DNA of 64,000 bases from an uncultured Bacteroidia bacterium (GCA_943846675.1 OX044357.1:1546010-1610009), one strand, 5' to 3'; numbered from the stretch's first letter, positions 1 to 9,319 are shown. Numbers and translations are program-made. Notes: generated from the letters alone by a model not told the origin.

Positions 1-274
1 GATTAAATGTCCTTTGGTAAAACCCATTCTCACCCCGTCATACATTCGTTTTTGACCCCAAATGACAGAACCTGGCCATAAAAAACAAATGGTTTTGTTT
101 ACGCTATAAAAAGGAACATTGTAAGAGAGTTTTTCTGTGCAATTTGGCACAAGGTCAACAATGAGCTGGCGTAAGTATTCAGTGACTACACGCTCATCAT
201 CAGGCAAGGAGTCAATGCAATGCGCAACATTTCGAAACTTAGGCTTGCTCATGTTTATGAATGACTGACTTTGG

Positions 275-1702
275 TTAGTAGGCGTAAAATGACAGATACT
301 GTTTGCCGCCTTGCGGTGAAATACCTTCAATACGCACTTGACCTTTCATGTTTTCTAGTTTACCGACAAACTCCTGAAGGTCATTTGCCGCAACATTGTT
401 GAATTTTGTAAAAACGAAACCTTCTGGAATGTTCATCTTGAGCAATCGCCCGTTACCAACGGTAGTTACACGAATGCCGGATTCAATGGCATAATGGTCT
501 AGCTCATATTTACTGACTAATTCGAATTCAGCTTTGAGGGTTTCAGAATACAAGGAAACACGTTTTTTAAGTTCGAAGGTGCCATCCATGTTTACCAGCG
601 ATACGTCTGCTTCACGTTCTTGACCTGATCTGATGTACGTATACTTTAGTTTATCTCCAGGCCTGTAATAGGATAAAACTTCGTTGTATGACGCTTTTTG
701 AGAAATCTCTTTCCCGTCTATTTTGGTAATGACATCACCTGGTTCAAAGATCTTACTGGTGTACTTATTTGTTTGGCTAACACGACCCACAAATACCCCA
801 TTTTGAATACCGTTTACCTGATCTAGTATTTCATCATTGATGTCAACAACTTCCAGTCCGTCTAATCCACGTTGGATTTGTCCGAACTCCTTTAAATCTG
901 AAATTATTTTAACAACGATGTTGCTTGGTATGGCAAAACCATACCCTACGTAAGAGCCTGTTTTACTGGCAATGGCCGTATTGATACCAACCAGCTTGCC
1001 AGACAAATTGACCAAGGCGCCTCCACTGTTTCCTGGATTAATGGCAGCATCTGTTTGAATGAAACTCTCTATCGGAAATTGGTTTTGAACGACATTAATA
1101 TTTCTGCCTTTGGCACTCACAATTCCTGCGGTAACGGTGCTGGTAAGATTAAACGGGTTGCCAACGGCCAATACCCATTCCCCAATGTCTAAGGCGTCAC
1201 TATTGGCAATTTCCACAGGATCCAAGTTTTCTGCATCAATTTTCAGCAGGGCCAAATCAGTTGATGGCGCTGTACCAACAACTTCAGCCTTGTAATTCTT
1301 TTTCCCATTGTTTAAAACCACTTCAATGGATTGAGCACCTTTAATAACGTGGTTATTCGTAACGATGTACCCATCTTTTGAAATTATAACGCCTGACCCC
1401 GTACTTGAGACTTTACCGATACTACCAAAAGGGTCGATGTCGAAAAACCAGAACGAATTCCTTCGCACGGCTTCAGCTTCCGTTTTGATAAACACAACAG
1501 AAGGGTTCGCAATTTTTGATGCTTCAACGAAGTTTACCGCTCCTGAAGACGACGCTTGATATTTAATGGGTTGTGCATCGTGGTTGCCAGTTTGCACTTC
1601 AATAATTTGCGTATGCTTAAACTGTTTTGAAAAGATATAGGCTCCAGTTAAGGATGTTAGGACACTAACCAGTATCGCTATTACGAGAATTCTTTTATTC
1701 AT
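275..1702 (-). CDS. htrA: HtrA/DegP/DegQ-family periplasmic serine endoprotease with PDZ domain(s)
   Basis: 475 aa with an N-terminal signal/TM segment and a trypsin-like core (GSGVIISKDGYIVTNNHVI, GNSGGALVN catalytic-Ser motif). C-terminal PDZ-like regions follow, the overall Do/HtrA architecture. Confidence 0.85.
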   Translation of the reverse strand: MNKRILVIAILVSVLTSLTGAYIFSKQFKHTQIIEVQTGNHDAQPIKYQASSSGAVNFVEASKIANPSVVFIKTEAEAVRRNSFWFFDIDPFGSIGKVSSTGSGVIISKDGYIVTNNHVIKGAQSIEVVLNNGKKNYKAEVVGTAPSTDLALLKIDAENLDPVEIANSDALDIGEWVLAVGNPFNLTSTVTAGIVSAKGRNINVVQNQFPIESFIQTDAAINPGNSGGALVNLSGKLVGINTAIASKTGSYVGYGFAIPSNIVVKIISDLKEFGQIQRGLDGLEVVDINDEILDQVNGIQNGVFVGRVSQTNKYTSKIFEPGDVITKIDGKEISQKASYNEVLSYYRPGDKLKYTYIRSGQEREADVSLVNMDGTFELKKRVSLYSETLKAEFELVSKYELDHYAIESGIRVTTVGNGRLLKMNIPEGFVFTKFNNVAANDLQEFVGKLENMKGQVRIEGISPQGGKQYLSFYAY

Positions 1703-1752
1703 AATGCTGAATTATAACGGTAACAATGAAAAACAAAAACAGTACCAATAAT

Positions 1753-2841
1753 CTAATTGGCTAACACTTTGGCACTGACATATAGTTTAACGATATGGTT
1801 GTCCGGATCGTTTGTATAGAGCGTAACTTCTTTTTGCGCTTGACCGGAAACAAACATAGAATCAAATTTAAGTAAGATGGTTTTAGACGCATTCGGTTGT
1901 AGCTCAGATTCAGTCAAATCAATTGTTGTACAACCACAGTGTGTTTCAACTTTTAGAATTTTAAGCACTGATTTTCCTGTATTGGATATGTTTACCTGAC
2001 GGGTAGCTGTGGCTCCTTCTTGCATGGTGCCAAAATCAAATTCCGTCGTAGATATTTTAAGCTTGGGTGCATTTTTTCTTTCCTTTTTGGACAGTTTTGA
2101 AAAGTCACTTTTGATGAAAAATGCCAGCTTTACAGCCTTAAGTGGAAATGACTTGTCATTCGTTTTAAACACAATTTCTGTGTTAACCAGTCCATAGTCT
2201 TTCACTTTTTCTGCGTCTATATGTATTACGACGGCCACGGACTCACCAGGATTAAGGGTTTGTTTGGGCATGTCATAGGTTACATATTCAGGTTTTCTTA
2301 AAACGCCGTTAAACTTTAATGGCAGATTGTACTCGTTTACAAAAAGGACCGTATCCGTGTAGGTGCCTGCGTTAATTATATCTCCTAAGGCAATGGTGTT
2401 TTTAGACTGTCTTATATACCCAAACTGACCTGGGTAAACTTTACTTAAGTCTTGTTCAACAGGTTCTTTAATGATGCCTTTAATGGTAAGTATTTTAGAC
2501 ATGATTACATTGTAATTCGCAAAAATTTCGATTGATTTATCTACTTCACCAGCCAAGTGGGTAGGGTCAAACGTTGCTGTTATGATGCCTTTTTGACCAG
2601 GTTTGATGGGGTGCTCTGGCCATGATGGTACCGTGCAGCCACAGCTTGCTTTGACATCTCGAATTTGAAAGTCGATTGGGCTGTTGTTGGTGAAAATATA
2701 CGTTGCGTTTATTTTTTGATCTCCAAACTTGACTGTTCCGAAGTTGTACTCTTCAGATTCAAATGGTATTTCACTGTCGTCAACTTGCGCAAAAGTGACT
2801 AAAGCAATGGTTGTAAACAAAAAGGTAAAAATGCTTTTCAT
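1753..2841 (-). CDS. secreted DUF1573-repeat protein (two SCGCT-motif Ig-like domains)
   Basis: 362 aa with a signal peptide and two copies of the DUF1573 signature (ASCGCTVPSWP...IKPGQKGIITATFD and ETHCGCTTIDL...NASKTILLKFD). These are typical of Bacteroidota DUF1573 proteins. Confidence 0.7.
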   Translation of the reverse strand: MKSIFTFLFTTIALVTFAQVDDSEIPFESEEYNFGTVKFGDQKINATYIFTNNSPIDFQIRDVKASCGCTVPSWPEHPIKPGQKGIITATFDPTHLAGEVDKSIEIFANYNVIMSKILTIKGIIKEPVEQDLSKVYPGQFGYIRQSKNTIALGDIINAGTYTDTVLFVNEYNLPLKFNGVLRKPEYVTYDMPKQTLNPGESVAVVIHIDAEKVKDYGLVNTEIVFKTNDKSFPLKAVKLAFFIKSDFSKLSKKERKNAPKLKISTTEFDFGTMQEGATATRQVNISNTGKSVLKILKVETHCGCTTIDLTESELQPNASKTILLKFDSMFVSGQAQKEVTLYTNDPDNHIVKLYVSAKVLAN

Positions 2842-2987
2842 ATGGAGAGGTAACGTGTATTAATGCGATTTGGTGTTATGTAATAGACAAATGTATTGTT
2901 AAAATGGTTGTACGAGGAGTATGAAGTATTAAGATGAAGATTTAACCTTGACAGAAATGCATTGCATTACTTACATTATGCGTCATT

Positions 2988-3075
2988 CAGGCAATAGGAA
3001 TTAGCGAATAGCCAATAGCGAATAGCGATTAGGAGTTAGCTGTTAGCTGTTAGCCAAAAAGAACAGAGAGTAAAG
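2988..3075. repeat. low-complexity intergenic repeat tract (AATAGCG / TTAGG / AGAGAATAGA units); related tract at 21090..21230
   Basis: aattagcgaatagccaatagcgaatagcgattaggagttagctgttagctgttagcc...agagaatagac shares 12- to 18-mers (attaggagttag, agccaatagcgattagg, aagagaatagaN) with 21090..21230. Confidence 0.6.
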
Positions 3076-3409
3076 AGAATAGACTTGATTATCCCTAGCA
3101 GGTAGGGGGAATCAGATTGTTATCGAACTTTTAAATCTGAGGTCTACAATCTATTTTGAGCGTTTTAAATAACACAGTAAAGAAATAATATTAAAAGATG
3201 GTAATAGTTATGAGAACATGATTAGTCTAACTACATTCTCACTATATCGGTGGCGCTTGAACATTGAAGTAGTTTCCAAAGACAAATGTAAAGATTTAGT
3301 AACTTGCCATAGTTAATGCAACAGAAGCTGCAACAGAACCAGAGCGGAATTTAGTGTTACTATATCTATTAAAATTTGTTAGTTTGCGTCAATATTAACG
3401 TAAAATCCA

Positions 3410-6394
3410 ATGCAAAAAACGTACTTATTTATTTTACTAGCATCTTTATGCTTTCTTTCCTTTGAAACACAAGCAACCGTAATATTTGTAGACTATAGTT
3501 CTTCGGGTACTAATACTGGTGCATCCTGGACCAATGCTTACACGAGTCTTCAGTCTGCTGTTACTAATGCGGTTAGCGGAGATGAAGTATGGGTAGCCGC
3601 AGGCACATACATTCCATCTGCATATCCAGTAGGGCGAACATCTACAGATATTCGAGAGTATTCTTTTTACCTTGAGTCTGGTGTGGAGTACTACGGAGGA
3701 TTTGCAGGTACAGAAACACTAAGATCTCAACGCGATTATGCGAATAATGCCACCGTTTTGAGTGGAAATATTACAGGTAACAACTGTTACCATGTTTTGG
3801 TATCGGCTAATGAAAGCTCTGTGGTTTTAGACGGTTTTACCGTTACCGCTGGATATGCCAACGGTGGTACAAACGCAACAATAAATGGTCAATCAGGTTT
3901 TTGGACTAATAATGGAGGTGGTGTTTTCACGATTAACACCACGATGACCGTAGAGAATTGTATCATATCCAATAACACAGCTGGTTATGGTGGTGCAATT
4001 CGAGGTGTAGGGGGTACCACAACACTTACAAATTGTACACTTACTGGTAATACTGGGACTGCTCATGCGGGTGCAATAGATATGGTTGGTACTCTAGTTG
4101 TAAGTGGCTGCACATTTACCAGTAACAAGACAGCTACTAGCAGCAACGGAAATGGGGGAGCAATAAAAATTTCTGGGGGTGTTGCTACAATTTCAAATAC
4201 ATCATTTATAAGTAATGTAGGAAGAATCGGTGGTGCCATACATCATTACAGTTCGCAACTAACCATATCAACGTCTACCTTTAGTAATAATTCCGCAACA
4301 AATCATGGTGGAGCTTTATATGCTAGTCATACAGCATTTACTGTAACGAAGTGTGTTTTTGATGGAAATACTGCTACAAACAATGGTGGGGGTATCTCCA
4401 CAGGTTGGGGAGCTACTATGACTCTCAATAACTCTGTATTTAGTGAAAACACCTCTGGGTCAAGTGGAGGAGCTATCTCCAATGATATGATTAATGGTTC
4501 AGCAATCAATTGTACGTTTTATGCGAATACTGCAGCTGTTAGGGGTGGTGCTTATTCTTCAGTTTCAAACAGTATCAATGGCAAGAACTGTGTGTTTTTT
4601 GGAAACAAAAAGGGTACAAGCACGAACGTATCAGGTGCAGATACGTATGGTGGATCATTCACCTATTCTTTAACGCAAAGCAATAGCAACTTCAGCAGTG
4701 GAACAGGTATTGTAAACAATCAAGACCCATTATTCATCAATGCAAGTGACCCAGATGGAGCAGATAATGTATGGATGACGGCAGATGATGGATTAAGTTT
4801 TTTTAGCAATTCTCCTGCTTACGGTGTAGGAACAAGCTCAGGCGCTCCTTCTACCGATATTACGGGTGCTTCACGAGCGTCATCTCCATCTATGGGAGCC
4901 TATGAAGGTTTTTCTTACACGCGGTATTTAGTAGATATTGACGCTACGGGCACCGGTGCAGGTACAAGTTGGACTAATGCCTATACAGGGCTTCAAGACG
5001 CTATAGATGCATCCTCAGTAGGGGATGAAATATGGGTCGCAGAAGGTACATATATACCCAATGTAATTCCTCAATTTCAGGTTACATCTACCGACAATAG
5101 ACATAAAACATTTGCCATAAACAAAAATATAGCAATTTATGGTGGATTTGATGGTACTGAATCCGTCCTATCGCAAAGGGACGCTAAATTAAACATTACT
5201 GTATTAAGCGGAGATCTTGGAACTATTGGTACAGTATCAGATAATTGCTTCCATGTTGTGATGACTGCTAATTTAAATTCAACTGCAATCATCGATGGAT
5301 TTACAATTCAAGATGGTAATGCAAACGGAGGTAACACAACAGATCAGTATGGTGGTAGAAACTTTGCAAGAGAACTAGGAGGGGGAATTGCTAGCAATTT
5401 TTCTTCACCTACTCTTTCCAATCTAATCATCAAAAACAATAGGGCAAAAATTGGAGCAGGTGTCAGTAACAGCGTTTCCAGTTCATATCTTATTAATTTA
5501 ACTTTCGTAGACAATATTGCTAATGAAAAAGGAGGGGGAGTAGCTAATATAACTACTGGATCTCCAAGTATTATTAATTGTGTTTTTAGTGGGAACCTAG
5601 CTGATGATTTTGGTGGTGGTATATACTCTGAAAACTCACCTACAATAACCAATTGCACCTTTTTCAATAACAAAGCAACTACCACTTCACAAGGCGGTGG
5701 TGGTGTATATGCAATAAATGCAGGAACTACTACGGTATCAAATTGTATATTTTTTGGAAATAAAATAGGCTCATCTACGACTAATGTTGGTTCAGATATT
5801 AAAAACGGTACTGGTCATACAACCACTGTAGACTACAGTATGGTACAACTTGCTAGCGGAAGTTATACCTCTGGAAACACCAATGCCCTCACATCTGCAA
5901 CCAGTATGGTCTATAACCAAGACCCATTATTCAGCGGTCATGGTGGTCCAGATGGAGTAGATAATGTATGGATGACTGAGGATGACGGACTCAGATTAAA
6001 TAGTAATAGCCCTGCAGTAGATGCGGGACTTAGTAGTGCCATAAGTGGGTATTCTACAGATATTGTAGGTACTGCTCGTGTGGTGAATACTAACGTAAAT
6101 ATGGGAGCTTATGAGGTTCTTTGTTCTGAAACGACTAAAACAATAACAGCAAATGTATGCGATAGCTACACCTCTCCAAGTGGAAAGACTTGGATAACAA
6201 GCAACACGTATTCAGATACGATAGCAAACACTGCGGGTTGTGATAGTGTTATCACGGTGAACCTTACGGTTCGCGATAAGACGACTGAAACGATAACAGC
6301 AAATGTATGCGATAGCTATACCTCTCCAAGTGGAAAAACTTGGACAACAAGCAACACGTATTCAGATACCATTCCAAACGACTGCGGGTTGTGA
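3410..6394 (+). CDS. N-terminal ORF piece of the frameshifted giant beta-helix protein (signal peptide, two Pmp-like beta-helix blocks, 2-Cys modules)
   Basis: 994-aa ORF. It carries repeated GGAI / CTFTSN / CVFDGN / SVFSEN motifs and two copies of the block-ending motif NQDPLF...DGxDNVWMTxDDGL...MGAYE. It terminates at CGL*, where the paralog reads on as NTAGCDS. Confidence 0.7.
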   Translation: MQKTYLFILLASLCFLSFETQATVIFVDYSSSGTNTGASWTNAYTSLQSAVTNAVSGDEVWVAAGTYIPSAYPVGRTSTDIREYSFYLESGVEYYGGFAGTETLRSQRDYANNATVLSGNITGNNCYHVLVSANESSVVLDGFTVTAGYANGGTNATINGQSGFWTNNGGGVFTINTTMTVENCIISNNTAGYGGAIRGVGGTTTLTNCTLTGNTGTAHAGAIDMVGTLVVSGCTFTSNKTATSSNGNGGAIKISGGVATISNTSFISNVGRIGGAIHHYSSQLTISTSTFSNNSATNHGGALYASHTAFTVTKCVFDGNTATNNGGGISTGWGATMTLNNSVFSENTSGSSGGAISNDMINGSAINCTFYANTAAVRGGAYSSVSNSINGKNCVFFGNKKGTSTNVSGADTYGGSFTYSLTQSNSNFSSGTGIVNNQDPLFINASDPDGADNVWMTADDGLSFFSNSPAYGVGTSSGAPSTDITGASRASSPSMGAYEGFSYTRYLVDIDATGTGAGTSWTNAYTGLQDAIDASSVGDEIWVAEGTYIPNVIPQFQVTSTDNRHKTFAINKNIAIYGGFDGTESVLSQRDAKLNITVLSGDLGTIGTVSDNCFHVVMTANLNSTAIIDGFTIQDGNANGGNTTDQYGGRNFARELGGGIASNFSSPTLSNLIIKNNRAKIGAGVSNSVSSSYLINLTFVDNIANEKGGGVANITTGSPSIINCVFSGNLADDFGGGIYSENSPTITNCTFFNNKATTTSQGGGGVYAINAGTTTVSNCIFFGNKIGSSTTNVGSDIKNGTGHTTTVDYSMVQLASGSYTSGNTNALTSATSMVYNQDPLFSGHGGPDGVDNVWMTEDDGLRLNSNSPAVDAGLSSAISGYSTDIVGTARVVNTNVNMGAYEVLCSETTKTITANVCDSYTSPSGKTWITSNTYSDTIANTAGCDSVITVNLTVRDKTTETITANVCDSYTSPSGKTWTTSNTYSDTIPNDCGL

Positions 6395-6699
6395 TAGTGT
6401 TATCACGGTGAACCTTACGGTGAGATATAAAAGTTCCTTCTCGTTCGCAGAAACGGTATATGAAACCTTTACATCGCCAAGCGGAAAAACATGGACAAAT
6501 TCAGGCACATATTTAGACACAATACCTAATGACGTTAATTGTGACAGCATCATAACGGTCGATTTGACTGTAATCAACAAGTTATTTGTCGATACAGATG
6601 GTTCATCAGGAACAGGAAAATCATGGGGGACTTCAATGAAAACACCTAGATGACGCCATCAAAGTAGCTAATGCAACGGGCAATCATGCTGAAATATGG

Positions 6700-9048
6700 G
6701 TGCGCAAGGGCATGTATTATCCTGGCGGACAATCGAGCAGCAATCGAGATTCAGCGTTCCTAATTACCAATCCAAATGTTGAATTATTAGGAGGTTTTTC
6801 TGGAACAGAAACAGAGCCTGGTCAACGTAATCAAACGGCTAACCCAACCATATTGTGTGGTGATATTGGCAAAGCAAACGATTCCTCGGATAATGCATAT
6901 CACGTATTGATTATTGCACCAAACGGATCAGACATCGGACCTAATTTTAAACTAGATGGGTTAACCTTTAAAAACGGTAACGCTGACGGGAACTCAAAAT
7001 ACACCTACGAAAATAGAGATGTATATCAATCAGAGGGTGGCTCAATAGTTATTCTGGGTAGTGGTAAGTCTGGCCAAGAGATTAGTCCAACGATTACCAA
7101 TTGTCATTTTGAAGGCAACTACGGCGATTATGGCTCGATTTACATACGCGTGCCTAATGGTAAGTCTTTTGCAACCATTAGCCATTGTACGTTTAAAAAC
7201 AACCATTCAATTTATGGCGCTATCTTTAACGATGGTCAAGCAGGTGAAGTATCTCCAAACATTGTAAACTGTGCCTTTGATGGCAACACAAGTGCCACTT
7301 CGGGTGCAGCGATATACAACTATGGTTATGGAGGCAAATGCTCTCCTACAATCACAAGTTGTGTGTTTAACAGCAACAGTGCTAGTTCAATGGGAGGAGC
7401 AATCTATAACACGGGTTATGGTGGAACATCCAATCCAGTGATCACAAACGCTACCTTCCATGCAAACGCAGCTGGTTCTCATGCAGGAGCGATGTATAGC
7501 TTTGGTAACAGCGGAACATGCCAACCTAAGGTGACCAACTCTATCTTTTACAAAAACACAAAAGGTGGAGATGTGGACCATAAGTTTAGTGAGTTCTATA
7601 ACTATGCAGCGTATCCATACATAAAAAATAGTTCGATGCAACGTGCAAGCTCAACATACACAGCAAGCACATTCAACAGCTTAAACAGCGGAACAAACAA
7701 CATCTTCCAGACCAATCCAAACTTTGAGGCGATTGCCGATGGCAATGGTGCGGATGATGTTTGGAGAACAGGAGATGATGGATTGAGATTATCTTCCTCA
7801 AGTACCAACTTGTTAAACGGTGGAACCAATACAGGTGCCCCAACTGCGGATATCTTAGGAAATCAGCGTATGGGAACAACCGACATGGGTGCTTACGAGT
7901 ATGTCAACTGTGGCTTAAATGTTAAACTAGCTACTTCGGTTACCACTCATACAGCAACGCAAAGTGTTGTGGATGGTAATTTTGTATGCTACTGTAACAG
8001 CGACAATGAATTACTCTTGGCTCTTGACACCAATGGAACTGGGGCGGTGATTACACCTAGTCAGGTAAAACTATACATTGGCAATCCATCAACCTTGAGT
8101 TACAACTCTGCTGGCGGTATGATAACCAACACGGCTGGTGGTGTGATACTAGAAAGACGTTGGGATGTGGAACCAACGACTCAACCAACTTCACCAGTAA
8201 CGGTTCGTTACTTCTACACCAACGACAACTACGACGACATTGTAACGGCTATGGCTGGATTAACATCGCCTACAACCATTACTTCGCCAAGTCAACTACA
8301 GTTTTACAAGGTAACAGGCGGCTCATCGGCAACCTTCCCGAACCCACATGATACGGGTGTAACGGGTATTGTACTGACCAACGGAACAACAGCCAGCACA
8401 ACAGTGTGGGTTAATGGAACACATGGTGTACAAGACCATACAGCAGAATACCTAGTAAGCACGTTCTCCGGTGGTGGAGGCGGAGGCGGGGGTGGATCTA
8501 GCCCACTACCAGTGGAACTGATCCAGTTCGAAGCAAGCCCAGCAGCTAGTCATACAGCAGACCTTACATGGAAGACCGCATCAGAGCTAAACAACTCACA
8601 TTTTGTAGTTGAACGTAGCTATGATGGTAGAGACTTCCAGGCAGCAGCAATTGTTCAAGGAAACGGTACCACACAAAACGTGATTACCTACAACCACAAC
8701 GACAATACGATTGATCTAGCACAAAACACTGTGTTCTATCGATTACGTCAGGTGGACTTTGATGGCACCACGGCTTACTCACCAGTAAGACGAGTAGACT
8801 TTGAAGGCAGCATCATACCAAACAGCGTAACGCTTTATCCAAACCCAACAAAAGGAACGGTTACGGTTAGCTTTACAGACGATGAGGCTGAAAGTCATGC
8901 GATTAAAGTAATTGACAACCTCGGAAGAGAGCTGTACAAGCAAACCTTCGACGGACAAGCCATAGAGCTTGATTTGTCGAGCCAAGCAACGGGCATCTAC
9001 TTTATCATTTTAGATTCTGGTGAATCCTTTAAAGTGATTAAACAGTAG
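6700..9048 (+). CDS. C-terminal ORF piece of the same frameshifted gene (beta-helix block, FN3/Ig-like domain, T9SS sorting domain); about 99% identical to 15486..17834
   Basis: 782-aa translation is nearly identical to the last 782 aa of the 2133-aa paralog. It ends in a G9 linker plus LYPNPTKGTVTVSF...IYFIILDSGESFKVIKQ, a T9SS type-A CTD. Confidence 0.7.
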   Translation: MRKGMYYPGGQSSSNRDSAFLITNPNVELLGGFSGTETEPGQRNQTANPTILCGDIGKANDSSDNAYHVLIIAPNGSDIGPNFKLDGLTFKNGNADGNSKYTYENRDVYQSEGGSIVILGSGKSGQEISPTITNCHFEGNYGDYGSIYIRVPNGKSFATISHCTFKNNHSIYGAIFNDGQAGEVSPNIVNCAFDGNTSATSGAAIYNYGYGGKCSPTITSCVFNSNSASSMGGAIYNTGYGGTSNPVITNATFHANAAGSHAGAMYSFGNSGTCQPKVTNSIFYKNTKGGDVDHKFSEFYNYAAYPYIKNSSMQRASSTYTASTFNSLNSGTNNIFQTNPNFEAIADGNGADDVWRTGDDGLRLSSSSTNLLNGGTNTGAPTADILGNQRMGTTDMGAYEYVNCGLNVKLATSVTTHTATQSVVDGNFVCYCNSDNELLLALDTNGTGAVITPSQVKLYIGNPSTLSYNSAGGMITNTAGGVILERRWDVEPTTQPTSPVTVRYFYTNDNYDDIVTAMAGLTSPTTITSPSQLQFYKVTGGSSATFPNPHDTGVTGIVLTNGTTASTTVWVNGTHGVQDHTAEYLVSTFSGGGGGGGGGSSPLPVELIQFEASPAASHTADLTWKTASELNNSHFVVERSYDGRDFQAAAIVQGNGTTQNVITYNHNDNTIDLAQNTVFYRLRQVDFDGTTAYSPVRRVDFEGSIIPNSVTLYPNPTKGTVTVSFTDDEAESHAIKVIDNLGRELYKQTFDGQAIELDLSSQATGIYFIILDSGESFKVIKQ

Positions 9049-9091
9049 TGAGAAAGTATCGTATTACTACACAAATACAATAAGAGAAGGC

Positions 9092-9122
9092 CATTCGTTT
9101 TACGGATGGCTTTTTTGTTGTT
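9092..9122 (+). terminator. rho-independent terminator downstream of giant gene 1 (identical copy at 17878..17908)
   Basis: ggccattcgttttacggatggcc is a stem-loop with one U-G wobble, followed by tttttt, about 45 nt after the stop codon. Confidence 0.6.
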
Positions 9123-9319
9123 CAATTGATTTGAAAATATAAAAAGTGAAGTAAACAAGATATCGGGTTCTGTTGCATTAACTTCCCCTGAATCCAGAAG
9201 TAACCAAATTCGATGTTTATTAAGCTGCTAAAGACTTAAATGTAGCAAACCAGTTTGACTTTGAATCTTTGATTTGGTCCTTTCTGTTGATGCAATCTAA
9301 AGGACAGAACCATAAATAA

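Larger units (their letters stand above)
3410..9048 (+). pseudogene. giant T9SS-secreted Pmp-like parallel beta-helix surface protein, disrupted by two +1 frameshifts (ORF pieces 3410..6394, 6303..6653, 6700..9048)
   Basis: Three consecutive ORFs sit in frames 2, 0 and 1. Their joins align without gaps to the single intact ORF 11433..17834 apart from single-base insertions near 6375 and 6645. The N-terminus has a signal peptide followed by many GGA[IL]/[FV]xxN beta-helix repeats. Confidence 0.75.

Noticed and set aside
1110-1559. Short + strand ORFs inside htrA (1110..1295, 1365..1559) and similar antisense ORFs inside other confident genes (2009..2197, 21525..21734, 28398..29857, 35413..35836, 39500..40421, 50037..51011, 53347..53966, 57508..57940, 60775..61412)
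   Set aside because: They are embedded antisense in strongly supported CDSs and have no independent evidence.
4327-5685. Antisense ORFs inside the giant beta-helix genes (4327..4509, 5344..5685, 6362..6580, 7387..7879, 8779..8985 and their duplicates at 15104..17771)
   Set aside because: They lie on the opposite strand of long, motif-rich coding sequence, and they repeat only because the underlying cassette is duplicated. They have no signal or start context. Gly/Ala-rich codons read in reverse give open frames by composition alone.
9166-9184. Reading the 19-bp motif as a sigma-54 (-24/-12) promoter because of its TTGCA core
   Set aside because: The GG-to-GC spacing (9 nt) does not fit the GG-N10-GC geometry of sigma-54 promoters.
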